Assembly (NCBI GenBank): GCA_963702475.1
Contig: CAVPCT010000003.1
Coordinates: forward strand, 1 to 64,000
DNA from: an uncultured Thermoleophilia bacterium
GTDB taxonomy: Bacteria; Actinomycetota; Thermoleophilia; UBA2241
DNA: 64,000 nucleotides
Reading direction: 5' to 3'
Both the position numbers and the translations under genes were made by a program. The notes under the pieces were generated by a model. It saw nothing but the letters and a program-made list of their open reading frames with translations. It was not told the DNA's origin and made no database searches. Positions within the stretch are counted from its first letter, which is position 1, and each line of letters opens with the position of its first letter. Below are positions 9,390-18,321 of the stretch, piece after piece.

Positions 9390-9449
9390 GCATCACAGAC
9401 TATCCCGGCGGTCGTGGTCTGTCAATCTATTTACGAGACACTACACTAG
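8307..9449 (-). mobile_element. IS630 family element B
   Basis: Imperfect IRs CTAGTGCACTGTCTCCAAAACAG and (reverse strand) CTAGTGTAGTGTCTCGTAAATAG; CTAG at 9446-9449. Confidence 0.95.
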
Positions 9450-9864
9450 AGGGGCTCGTGGCTGGATGGCGAGCCACAGCCGGAGATGTCGGACGGGGCA
9501 GTTGTCTCCTCCCTGGCCGTCTCAGACGGGGTGGTCAACTCTTGACTACGGGTGGCGCTCTCCACGCGCTGAAGTGGCGTCGGCCGGCGCGGCGCTCGGC
9601 ACAGAGGGGGCCCGCCACCCGTGAGGGCAGCGGGCCTCGACGCGATTCCCTGACCGTTGGTCCCGAGGGTCATGTCCGATCATGCAGAGCACGCGGGCGT
9701 GCTGCCAAGCGTCGTGGCAGACGGAGCGCGTCTCAGGCCTGCCGCCGGGGGTCTCGGACGCGACGGGCGAGTGACGCGACCCCCGCGGCAGCATCGACAG
9801 CCCAAAAGCGTAGCACCAACGGCAGCCGGCTCTCGCACGCTGGCGCCGGACGGTCGTCGGCTTC

Positions 9865-10053
9865 CAACGGCCGCGACGAAGAAACGCCGCCCTCTCTCAG
9901 TCTGTATGGATGGGAAGATGCTTCCAGCCGACGCGGGGAGGGGACATGGCCGCCACGCAGCCTAGACAACGGCGTGCAGCCGCAGCCACCTGGACGGTAG
10001 CGCTCGTCGTCCCGCTGCTGCTGTGCGCCAGCGTGACCTTCACCGCGTGCGGC
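9865..10053 (+). repeat. ~189-bp promoter/RBS/lipoprotein-signal module, copy 1
   Basis: CAACGGCC..GAAGAAACG...GTCTGT.TGGATGG...TCCAGCCGACGCGGG.GAGGGGACATG through the lipobox Cys-Gly codons; also at 11382 and 24218. Confidence 0.9.
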
Positions 10054-11019
10054 GCCTCGGGCACGACGTCGACCTCACCGTCGGCGGTGTCCAGCCCGGC
10101 AGCGGCCTCGCCCTCAGACGCGGCGTCCCCAAGCAGGACGCCCTTGCCCGCGCCCACCGTCGCCGGGACCATCGCCTTCGCCAAGGTCACCCCGACCGGG
10201 CGCGGTTTCGCCACGGGTGACATCTACGTCGTTCGCACCGACGGCACGGGCCTCACAAGGCTCGCCGCCGGTACTGCCGATGAGTGCCAGCCGGCTTGGT
10301 CGCCGGACGGCCGGCGGATCGCCTACGCCGCAGGTCGCCCCGCAGCCGGCCCGCACAGCTACGTCGTGCGCGTCATGAACGCCGATGGCACCGGCAAGGA
10401 GATCCTGCCTGGAGTTGCGATCGCCGGGCAGTTGCCCGCGTGGTCGCCCCGCGGCACGCAGCTCGCCTTCTACCACCCCCCGCGGTCGAAGCCGGTCTTG
10501 GCCTGGAAGACCCAGGGCTGGGACGGCCTGTTCGTCGTGAACGCCTACTGGAACGGTTGGGGAGGGAGCCCGACGCGCCCCGCGACGGGCGACAGGTTCG
10601 CCGCGTATGCGCCGGACGGGCGGCTCTACTTCGTGAGGCGCGGCATCGGTGACATCTTCTGCGTCTATCGCACCATGACGACTCGCGTCACGACCAGCGG
10701 TGGCCTGGGCGCCTTCTCGCTCTCGCCCGACGGCACACGGCTGGTCGTCTACGACAAGGAGCACGACCATCTCGTGCTCCGATCGACGAGCGCTGGAGGG
10801 ACCCCGGTGGTGCTCGTCGACGATGTGTCACGGTACGTCAACGCCTCGATGGTCCGTCCGGCGTGGTCGCCCGACGGCACGGCGATCGCCTTCGCCGCCA
10901 GCAGCGTCGACGGGCATCCCGGCGGGTCCGGGCTCTACGTGATCAACGCCGACGGCACCGGGTTCTCCAGGGTCCCCATGAAGGGCAGGGTGTGCGACCC
11001 CGCCTGGCGGCCGGAGTAA
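9946..11019 (+). CDS. TolB-like (PD40 beta-propeller) lipoprotein
   Basis: Lipobox FTAC; repeated PAWSPDG motifs; ends DPAWRPE. Confidence 0.85.
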   Translation: MAATQPRQRRAAAATWTVALVVPLLLCASVTFTACGASGTTSTSPSAVSSPAAASPSDAASPSRTPLPAPTVAGTIAFAKVTPTGRGFATGDIYVVRTDGTGLTRLAAGTADECQPAWSPDGRRIAYAAGRPAAGPHSYVVRVMNADGTGKEILPGVAIAGQLPAWSPRGTQLAFYHPPRSKPVLAWKTQGWDGLFVVNAYWNGWGGSPTRPATGDRFAAYAPDGRLYFVRRGIGDIFCVYRTMTTRVTTSGGLGAFSLSPDGTRLVVYDKEHDHLVLRSTSAGGTPVVLVDDVSRYVNASMVRPAWSPDGTAIAFAASSVDGHPGGSGLYVINADGTGFSRVPMKGRVCDPAWRPE

Positions 11020-11049
11020 GGCTTACCAGGCTCGAGACCGGAGCGCCGA

Positions 11050-11285
11050 CGCGTCGGCTACGTCACCGTCGCCTCGAGTACCAGCACCCCGAGGGGATGC
11101 GGGTGTTGGGCGAGTGGTGGCTGCAGACTCCCGACCCTGAGGTGATCCTCGTCACGGAGGCAGACAGCGCGGCCCCGATGCTGGCTGCGCGCTCGGCTTG
11201 GGACGATGTCTTCGACATCACGATTGTCCCGGCCGTCACGGCCGAAGAAGGGATGGCGCTCGCGCGTCAGGCCATGGCGAAGTAG
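11050..11285 (+). pseudogene. DUF3303-like protein lacking its N-terminus
   Basis: RRLEYQHPEGMRVLGEWWLQ...FDITIVPAVTAEEG; no proper start or RBS. Confidence 0.55.
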
Positions 11286-11381
11286 CCCACGAGTCTGCCG
11301 CGCGAGACCTGCGATGATGCACTGGGAGCCCCGCCACCCGCGAGAGCGGCGGGGCCCTCCTGCACCGCGAGGCCTGGCGTT

Positions 11382-11570
11382 CAACGGCCACGGCGAAGAA
11401 ACGCCCCCCTCGCTCGGTCTGTATGGATGGCAAGATGCTTCCAGCCGACGCGGGGAGGGGACATGGACGCCACGCAGCCTACACAACGGCGTTCCGCCGC
11501 AGCCACCTGGACGGTAGCGCTCGTCGTCCTGCTGCTGCTGTGCGCGAGCGCGGTCGTGAGCGCCTGCGGC
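11382..11570 (+). repeat. ~189-bp promoter/RBS/signal module, copy 2
   Basis: Colinear with 9865-10053. Confidence 0.9.
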
Positions 11571-12342
11571 GGCTGCCGGCACGACGACGAGCTCGCCGAG
11601 CGCCGCCGCCCCACCCGGCGCCGCTGTGACGCCGAGCGCCACCCACTGGGACTACGTCGTGATCGGGGATTCCGCCTTCTGCGCGCCGGATGACATCACC
11701 ACGGTCGCGGACGCTCAGGCGCGGCTCATCGCGCGGGACCTCGGCACGGAGGTGAGCGTCGACTGGTACTACTACCCGGGTGCGAACAGCCAGTACGAGC
11801 TCTCTCGGCTGCGCCACGACGAGACGCTGCGCAAAGCCATCAGCTCGGCCGAGGTCGTGCTCTTCGACGTCCCTGTCGGTCAGCTGAAGGAAGAGATCCC
11901 CTGGGACGACAGTGCCTACGTGGCGCTTCCCGGCAGTCCGGCACGGTACAGGAAGGGCATGGCGCGGATGCTCCCCGACTACCGCAGGGACGCGGAGGCC
12001 ATTGTTGCCGAGATCACGTCGCTGCGCAGCCCCAGCGAGGCGAGCATCCGGGCCATCGACGGCTGGCAGCTGGGCTTCCGCGGCTTTCGCACGCTGGGTG
12101 TGGGCGACGTCATGCGGCAGGCCTGGCGGCGCATGAACCGCGCCGTCGATGCGGCTTGTGCGGCGCACGGCGTGACCGTGGTCGACGCCTACACGGCCTT
12201 CGGGGGACCCGACGGTACGAGGGACCCGATCACCGCCGGCATCATCCTGCCGGACCAGATGCATCTGACGGACAAGGGCGTCGCCGAGCTTGCGAAGCTG
12301 CTCCACGAGGAGGGCTACGCCGAAGTGGTCCCGGCGCCGTAG
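11463..12342 (+). CDS. SGNH/GDSL hydrolase lipoprotein, frameshifted in the linker (~11570-11625)
   Basis: Lipobox VSAC; VVIGDS block I; PDQMH (DxxH) block V. Confidence 0.75.
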
Positions 12343-12399
12343 GCTGTACAGGGATTACTCCGTCGCCTGACGGGTACCCGCCATCACTACAAGACTCCT

Positions 12400-12893
12400 C
12401 AGAGTGCAGCACGCAGACGGGAGGCGGAGATCCGCCAGGCGTACCACGCGGCCACCCGAGTCCGGCGGGGAGGCACTTGGGAGGCCCGCTCGCCGCGCGC
12501 CCCCGGGGCCGGCGATTCCGGGAGTCGCTCGTCTTGGGGGCAGAGGCGGTGCCTGTCGAAGACGGGACAGGTGGGCGACGATGCGCTCTCTCCGGACGGC
12601 GCGTCGATGGCTGTCTCCGACCAGTCGAGCAACAGCGTCGTGCTTGCCGCGCTGAAGGACGGCGGGACTCCCCTGACTCTCATCGACGGTGGCGACGATC
12701 CAGTCGACCTTGGCTACCTCGTATCCCCGGCGTGGACGCGGGACCGTGACGCCGTCGTGATGTGGCCACCAGCGATTGGGGTGTCGATCCCGCGTCGGGC
12801 TCCGGACTCTACGTGGTCAATGCCGACGGCTGCGGACTGTCCCTGGTTCCCGGCATCGAGGACGCGTTCGACCCTGCCTGGCGGCCGGAGTAG
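12400..12893 (+). pseudogene. Degraded C-terminal part of a TolB-like paralog
   Basis: ALSPDG, SPAW, GLYVVNADG...AFDPAWRPE* across frames. Confidence 0.65.
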
Positions 12894-13007
12894 GAGAGTC
12901 CGCTGTCCATCCACGCCTCGCCGCCTACGTAGGTGACCTGCCCGCACTACAAGGAGTTGCGGCCCAGGGCGGTGTCGCGGGCCTCCTGCCGGCATACGGT
13001 GCGCCTC

Positions 13008-13150
13008 TCAGGCGAGACGCCTCACCATCCGCACGGTCGTCCCCCTTCGTCCCGACCCGGCGCTGACCTCGTCCAGCATGCTCTCGATCAGGAAGACTCC
13101 TCGGCCGTTCGGGCGGCGCCTTCCGGCTCCAAGGGTAGCCGAACTGTCTG
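13008..13150 (-). pseudogene. Remnant of an RsbW-like anti-sigma/HATPase C-terminus
   Basis: PNGRGVFLIESMLDEVS...GTTVRMVRRLA*. Confidence 0.45.
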
Positions 13151-13730
13151 CTGTGGCTGGTGACTCGAGGCGGGCTTGTCGACAGGACGCCGGTATGGCT
13201 GTTGTCACGCAGTCGACCGGTCATCGAGGTTTCGCCTTCTCGTCGGCTTTCGGGCTGGATGGGCTGGGTCAGCCCGCAGGCGCCTAGGCGCACGGTCCGT
13301 TCTGTTCTGCAACCCAACGCTCGCCCGTGCTGATGAACTGATGAACTGGCCTGGTGAACTGTGCGTGTGGAGTGCGTCTGGATGGGACGCGATGGCGCTC
13401 GTCGGGACCAAACGGCACTGGTCTGCCGCTCTGTGGGCATCCTGAGCGAGTACGTGTCTGCTCGCAGCACGGGAGGGTGGTGTGCAGCTTTCGCGGCTCC
13501 TCGAACGGTTCCTGGTCCTCGCCTGCGTCGCCGCGGACGCGTTCTTCGGGTTCGTCTGCGCCGGCCACAAGCCGCGGTGGGGCGCTGAGCAGAGCGAGAG
13601 CGAGCTCCACGACTTGCGAGCCGGCGGCGGCCGCAGGCCATGTGCTCCCAAGCATCGCACCATCGCCCCACGGCGTCTGAGAGCCGTTCGCGACGAATCA
13701 TCTGGGAGCCATGCGGCAGGGGGAGACGAC

Positions 13731-15908
13731 ATGAAGGAGTCAACCGCAACGCCGATCTTGCCGGCAGTGCTTGCGCTGGCGGCGGCCCTGCTGGTGCTCG
13801 CCATCTCGGCGCCGCTGGCGGCCGCCGGTCCAGAACTCCGTGCGGCGCCGCTGAATCCGGCCTTCCTGCGGTCCCTGGTGAGTCCGCCCGTCGGCGTGCC
13901 GTCGAGCGCAGCCGGCGGCCACGGTTTCGGCGGAACGCCCGGCCCGCAGGACATGTCCTACACCCGCGGGATGCAGGTACCCGCCCCGATCGAGCTCGGG
14001 ACGCCACCGGCGGCCTACGACCTGCGCACGCTCGGCAGGGTCACCGCGGTGAAGGACCAGGACCCCCACGGCACCTGCTGGGCGTTCGCTTCATTAGGCT
14101 CTCTTGAGTCCTGCCTGCTGCCCGGCGAGGCCTTTGACTTCTCCGAGGACAACATGGTCCTCACCAGTGGCTTCGACCACGGGGCGGACCCCTACACGGG
14201 CGGGCAGATCTGGATGTCGACCGCCTACCTGGTCCGCTGGGGCGGCCCTGTCTACGAGAGCGAGGACGCCTATGGGGACAGCACGACGCCGACCGGCCTG
14301 AGCCCGCGCACGCACGTGCAGGAGGTCTACTGGATCCCGGTGCGTGGATCGGCTCTCGACAACGACAACATCAAGAACGCGGTCATGCAGTACGGCGGCG
14401 TCGACGTCTCGATGAGCTGGCCCGGCAGCAGCGGGGGCGACTCCTCCTACAACGCTGCGACGGCGAGCTACTACTACAACGGCAGCTCGAGCAACGATCA
14501 CGAAGTACTCGTCGTCGGCTGGGACGACAACTACCCTGCCGCCAACTTCGCCACCACCCCCCCAGGCAACGGTGCCTTCATCGTCAAGAACAGCTGGGGC
14601 TCCACGTGGGGCAGCAACGGGTACTGCTACGTCTCCTACTACGACTCCAAGTTCGGCCGAGGCTCCAATCCCTCCGCTGTGTTCAAGAAGGCGGAGCCCA
14701 CCAGCAACTACACCGGCATCTACCAGTACGACCCCCTGGGTGACTGCAGCGAGATGGGGTATTCGAACTCCACCGGATGGTTCGCCAACGTCTTCAGCGC
14801 CCAGACGACTGCGGCCCTGGGCGCCGTCGGCTTCTACACCCTGTCTCCGGGCACGAGCTACGAGGTCTACACCGGCTCCAGCCTCGCCGCCAAGACGCTG
14901 CGCACGAGCGGCACGCTGCCCTACATGGGCTACCATACCGTGACCCTGCCCTCACCCGTGGGCGTCACGAGCGGCCAGTCCTTCGTCGTGGCCGTCAAGG
15001 TCACGTCGCCCGGAACGACCTATCCGATCGCCGTCGAAGCCCCGATCGCCACCTACCGCTCCAGCAGCGCCACCGCACAGGCCGGGCAGAGCTACACGAG
15101 CTCTACCGGGGTGAACTGGACGGATCTCACGACCACGGCCGCCAACGCCAACGTCTGCCTCAAGGCGTACACGACCGGGTCGGGCCCGGCGCCTACGCCC
15201 ACGCCGACGCCTACGCCCACGCCGACGCCCACGCCGACGCCGGGTAGCGACGACGACATCCCCGGCGTGGCTCTCCCGTCGTCGCCGATCATCACCGGGA
15301 CCGTCTCCCGGGACACTGACCTGGACGACGTCTACCACTTCACGCTCACCAGCGGACGAACGCTGCAGGCGGACCTCCTCAGGGGGCCTGCCGGCAGTGA
15401 TTTTCGCCTCTACCTCTACGGGCCCGGCACGGCGAGCGTCAAAGACCCATCCACGCCCTACCTGGCGGTGGCCCGCGGCACCTACCCCTGCAGTCTCACG
15501 TACACGGCCACCCAGAGCGGCAGCTACTACCTCGACGTCCACGCCTATAAGGGCGTCGGGGCCTATGCGGCGATCTGCTACTTCAGCGCACCGGGGCCCG
15601 ACGACACCGTCGGCCCCGTGTGCGCCGCGAAGGACGTCACCGTCAAGCGCGGCAAGACCTGCAAGATCTACTTCAAGGTGCACGACGTGCTCAGCGCGTA
15701 CGTGACGACCCATCTCGCCATCACGACGAACTCAGGGATCGTCAAGAAGAGCTGGTCGTGGGACTACGAGAAGGACTCCGCCCGCTGGCGGTGGACCAAG
15801 TACACCTGCCGACTCGCCAAGGGCACCTACCGCATCGTCGTCACGGGTGAGGACCTCGCCGGCAACAGGGCCAGCGTGGTCGGACGGGCCACGCTGACGG
15901 TGGAGTAG
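13731..15908 (+). CDS. Secreted C1 (papain-like) cysteine protease with lectin-like domain, PT linker, PPC-like and Ig-like C-terminal domains
   Basis: Signal peptide; DQDPHGTCWAF, DHEV, IVKNSWG catalytic motifs; IYQYDPLG lectin-like start. Confidence 0.9.
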   Translation: MKESTATPILPAVLALAAALLVLAISAPLAAAGPELRAAPLNPAFLRSLVSPPVGVPSSAAGGHGFGGTPGPQDMSYTRGMQVPAPIELGTPPAAYDLRTLGRVTAVKDQDPHGTCWAFASLGSLESCLLPGEAFDFSEDNMVLTSGFDHGADPYTGGQIWMSTAYLVRWGGPVYESEDAYGDSTTPTGLSPRTHVQEVYWIPVRGSALDNDNIKNAVMQYGGVDVSMSWPGSSGGDSSYNAATASYYYNGSSSNDHEVLVVGWDDNYPAANFATTPPGNGAFIVKNSWGSTWGSNGYCYVSYYDSKFGRGSNPSAVFKKAEPTSNYTGIYQYDPLGDCSEMGYSNSTGWFANVFSAQTTAALGAVGFYTLSPGTSYEVYTGSSLAAKTLRTSGTLPYMGYHTVTLPSPVGVTSGQSFVVAVKVTSPGTTYPIAVEAPIATYRSSSATAQAGQSYTSSTGVNWTDLTTTAANANVCLKAYTTGSGPAPTPTPTPTPTPTPTPTPGSDDDIPGVALPSSPIITGTVSRDTDLDDVYHFTLTSGRTLQADLLRGPAGSDFRLYLYGPGTASVKDPSTPYLAVARGTYPCSLTYTATQSGSYYLDVHAYKGVGAYAAICYFSAPGPDDTVGPVCAAKDVTVKRGKTCKIYFKVHDVLSAYVTTHLAITTNSGIVKKSWSWDYEKDSARWRWTKYTCRLAKGTYRIVVTGEDLAGNRASVVGRATLTVE
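15192..15242 (+). repeat. Pro-Thr linker tandem repeat (CCNACG)n
   Basis: Encodes PTPTPTPTPTPTPTPTP. Confidence 0.9.
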
Positions 15909-16001
15909 GGCGCCCGGCGATACGGAAGCGACGGGCCAAGACGGGAGCGAGCCGAAGACCGTCTGACGAAGCCGGGCGCAAGGGTCTGGGGCCGGGCGGC
16001 A

Positions 16002-17774
16002 TCACCGCCCCTCGCCAGACCCCTGCGCCAAGATCGCGATGGCCGCCCGGTCCGTCTCGATGTCCTGCCGCGCCACGGCGTCGGTAGGGTCCTTCGCGGC
16101 GAGGCGTTCGTCGATGTCCAGGGCGGCGCGGAGGTGGCGCAGTGCCGCCCGCGGCTCTCCCTTCTCAGCCAGCGCGCCACCGAGGTTCCTCAAGGTGACG
16201 GCGACCGCGCGCTGCCACTCCGTGTTGGCCGGGTCCCAGGCTGCAAGCCTGCGCTTGATGGCGAGCGCCGCGCGGTAGTGGCCCAGGGCGCCGTCAAGGT
16301 CGTGCTGTTTGGCGAGCACGACGGCGATGTCGTTGTGGTCCCAGGCGACGTTCTGCTGCCAACGCGTGTTGAGCGGATCGGTGGCGGCCAGGCCCTCGTC
16401 GATCCGCAGCGCTGCCCGGTAGTGGCTCAGGGCTCCGTCCAGGTCGTTCTGCGTCTCCAGGACGACCCCGATGTTCGCGTGGTCCACGACGAGGTCGTCC
16501 TGCAGCTGCGTGTCGCCCGGATCGCTGTCGTGTGCCCTCTGGGCGATGTCGAGCGCCGTCTGGTAGTGCTGAAGAGCCTCGTCCAGGCGCATCTGCCACT
16601 TGAGCACGTCGCCCACCTGGGTGTACGCGAGGCTGAGCTCGCGCTGGTAGTCGGTGTCGGTAGGGTCGGTGGCCGCCACGCGTCGCGCGATCGCCAGGGC
16701 GGCCTGGTAATGCCGCAGTGCTTCCGGCAGCTCGCGCTGCTCCTCGAGAGCCCTGCCGATGAGCTCATGACTCACGGCGAGGTTGCGCTGCCAGAGGACG
16801 TTGTCGGGCTGGCTGCTCGTCAATCGGGTGGTGACCTCCATGCCTGCCCGGTACTGCCGAAGGGCGGCCTCGAGGTCGCCTTGGGCCATGAGGCGATCGC
16901 CTTTGCCGTTGAAGGCGGCGGCACGGTTCAGCAGCGTCACCGAGATGCCGGCCTCAGTACCGAGTTGCCGGTAGTAGTCGTCGACCTTCGCCTGCACCTC
17001 TTCAACCACGTCCAGGCGACCCAGGGGTCGCAGCAGGTCGCGCACGTCGTACAGCAGCACCTCGAGGATCTTCTCCGCCTCTTGCCGCGCCCTGACCGCC
17101 TTGTCGCGTTGCTCGCGCGCGGTGTTGCGCTGCATCACCGCGTAGGCGGAGAGCCCCGCGAAACCCACCGCGAGAGCCAACACCGCGGCGATGACCGTCT
17201 GCAGGCGCCGGATCCGCCGATGCGAGTCGCGCTGCTTGAGCGCGTCGAAGCCGACCCCAAGCATCCCCGAGAGGAGCTTGAGGCGGGCGTCACGCCGTCC
17301 GTCGCCCTGGGGTCGCGCGTCCGCCGCCAGCGGCTCGGTCTCTCGCAGCGCTACGGGAAAGCACTCGTCGTCGCCTCCGGTGTTGGGTTCGCCCTCGACG
17401 ATGAGCGTCAGCACGCGGCCAGGCCGGCCCAGCGCCTGGAACGTCTCGACCTCCTTGTTCACCCAGGGTGAGCGCGCCGCGCGCGGCGAGCACACGACGA
17501 TGAGGTAGCGGGAGGCGCGCAGGGCCGCCTCGATCTGCGTGCCGAGGTCCGCGGCCGCAGGTAGCTCGGACCGGTCGCGAAACAGCGGCTTGAGTCGCTT
17601 TGGGGCAGGCTCCCCGGTGGGGGTGAGGTGGTCGACGAGGCGGGCGGGGATGCCGTAGGACTCTATGGCACGCTGCAGCCAACGAGCCCAGGACTTGTCG
17701 GTGCTGCTGTAACTGATGAAGGCCCAGTACGTGTACTCGGCATGCTGTGCCCCCGGTGCCTGATCGTCGTCCAC
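16002..17774 (-). CDS. TIR domain - transmembrane helix - TPR repeat protein
   Basis: YWAFISYSSTD, LFRDRSEL, IVVCSPRAARSPWVNKEV (catalytic-position Glu); TM VIAAVLALAVGFAGLSAYAV; ~49-aa repeats AL.HY..AL.I...LAA.DP....WQ. Confidence 0.9.
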   Translation of the reverse strand: MDDDQAPGAQHAEYTYWAFISYSSTDKSWARWLQRAIESYGIPARLVDHLTPTGEPAPKRLKPLFRDRSELPAAADLGTQIEAALRASRYLIVVCSPRAARSPWVNKEVETFQALGRPGRVLTLIVEGEPNTGGDDECFPVALRETEPLAADARPQGDGRRDARLKLLSGMLGVGFDALKQRDSHRRIRRLQTVIAAVLALAVGFAGLSAYAVMQRNTAREQRDKAVRARQEAEKILEVLLYDVRDLLRPLGRLDVVEEVQAKVDDYYRQLGTEAGISVTLLNRAAAFNGKGDRLMAQGDLEAALRQYRAGMEVTTRLTSSQPDNVLWQRNLAVSHELIGRALEEQRELPEALRHYQAALAIARRVAATDPTDTDYQRELSLAYTQVGDVLKWQMRLDEALQHYQTALDIAQRAHDSDPGDTQLQDDLVVDHANIGVVLETQNDLDGALSHYRAALRIDEGLAATDPLNTRWQQNVAWDHNDIAVVLAKQHDLDGALGHYRAALAIKRRLAAWDPANTEWQRAVAVTLRNLGGALAEKGEPRAALRHLRAALDIDERLAAKDPTDAVARQDIETDRAAIAILAQGSGEGR

Positions 17775-17796
17775 GGCCCCTCCAAGGTCCGACGAG

Positions 17797-18321
17797 TCAG
17801 AGTCGCGACAGCGTCACGGCCCCCTTGTTGACCCTGATCCACATGACGGGCACTCCCGCGCTGCGCGCGTACTCGACGATCTCCGCTGTCCCGCCTCTGC
17901 CGCGGGAGGGTTCGCCGTCCCACACGGCCAGCAGCGCGTCGCTTGCGTCGACGATGCGGCGCCCGGCTCGCTCGTAGCCCTCCTCCCGAGTGGTCGTCGG
18001 ACCCATCGTCTCGACCGCCGCCGCGAGCGCGAGAAGCTCCAGGAAGTCCGCCCGTGACTCCGTGGAGGCGAAGTCGGTCATGTAGTCGGCCGGCGCGAAC
18101 GGCAGGACGGCCGTGAGAGCGGCCCCCGGTCGTTCGAGCACGACGCGGGCGGCCAGTCGGTCCGCTCCCTCGGCGAGGGCCGAGAAGACGGTGAGCCGGC
18201 CGGTCGCGGGCCCGACGTCAGCGTCGGCGATCAGCGTGAGCGCCTCGCGGACTCTGCGTGCCACCACGCACGGGTCGTCGAGGACCCGGTGGCCGGTGAT
18301 GCCGACGCTCGGGCTGCTCAC
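17797..18321 (-). CDS. Stand-alone SLOG superfamily (YpsA-like) nucleotide-binding protein
   Basis: VGITGHR, SALAEGADRL, AVLPF, YERAGRRIVD, LLAVWDG..SRGRGGTAEIV; GTG start overlaps the upstream stop (GTGA). Confidence 0.85.
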   Translation of the reverse strand: MSSPSVGITGHRVLDDPCVVARRVREALTLIADADVGPATGRLTVFSALAEGADRLAARVVLERPGAALTAVLPFAPADYMTDFASTESRADFLELLALAAAVETMGPTTTREEGYERAGRRIVDASDALLAVWDGEPSRGRGGTAEIVEYARSAGVPVMWIRVNKGAVTLSRL

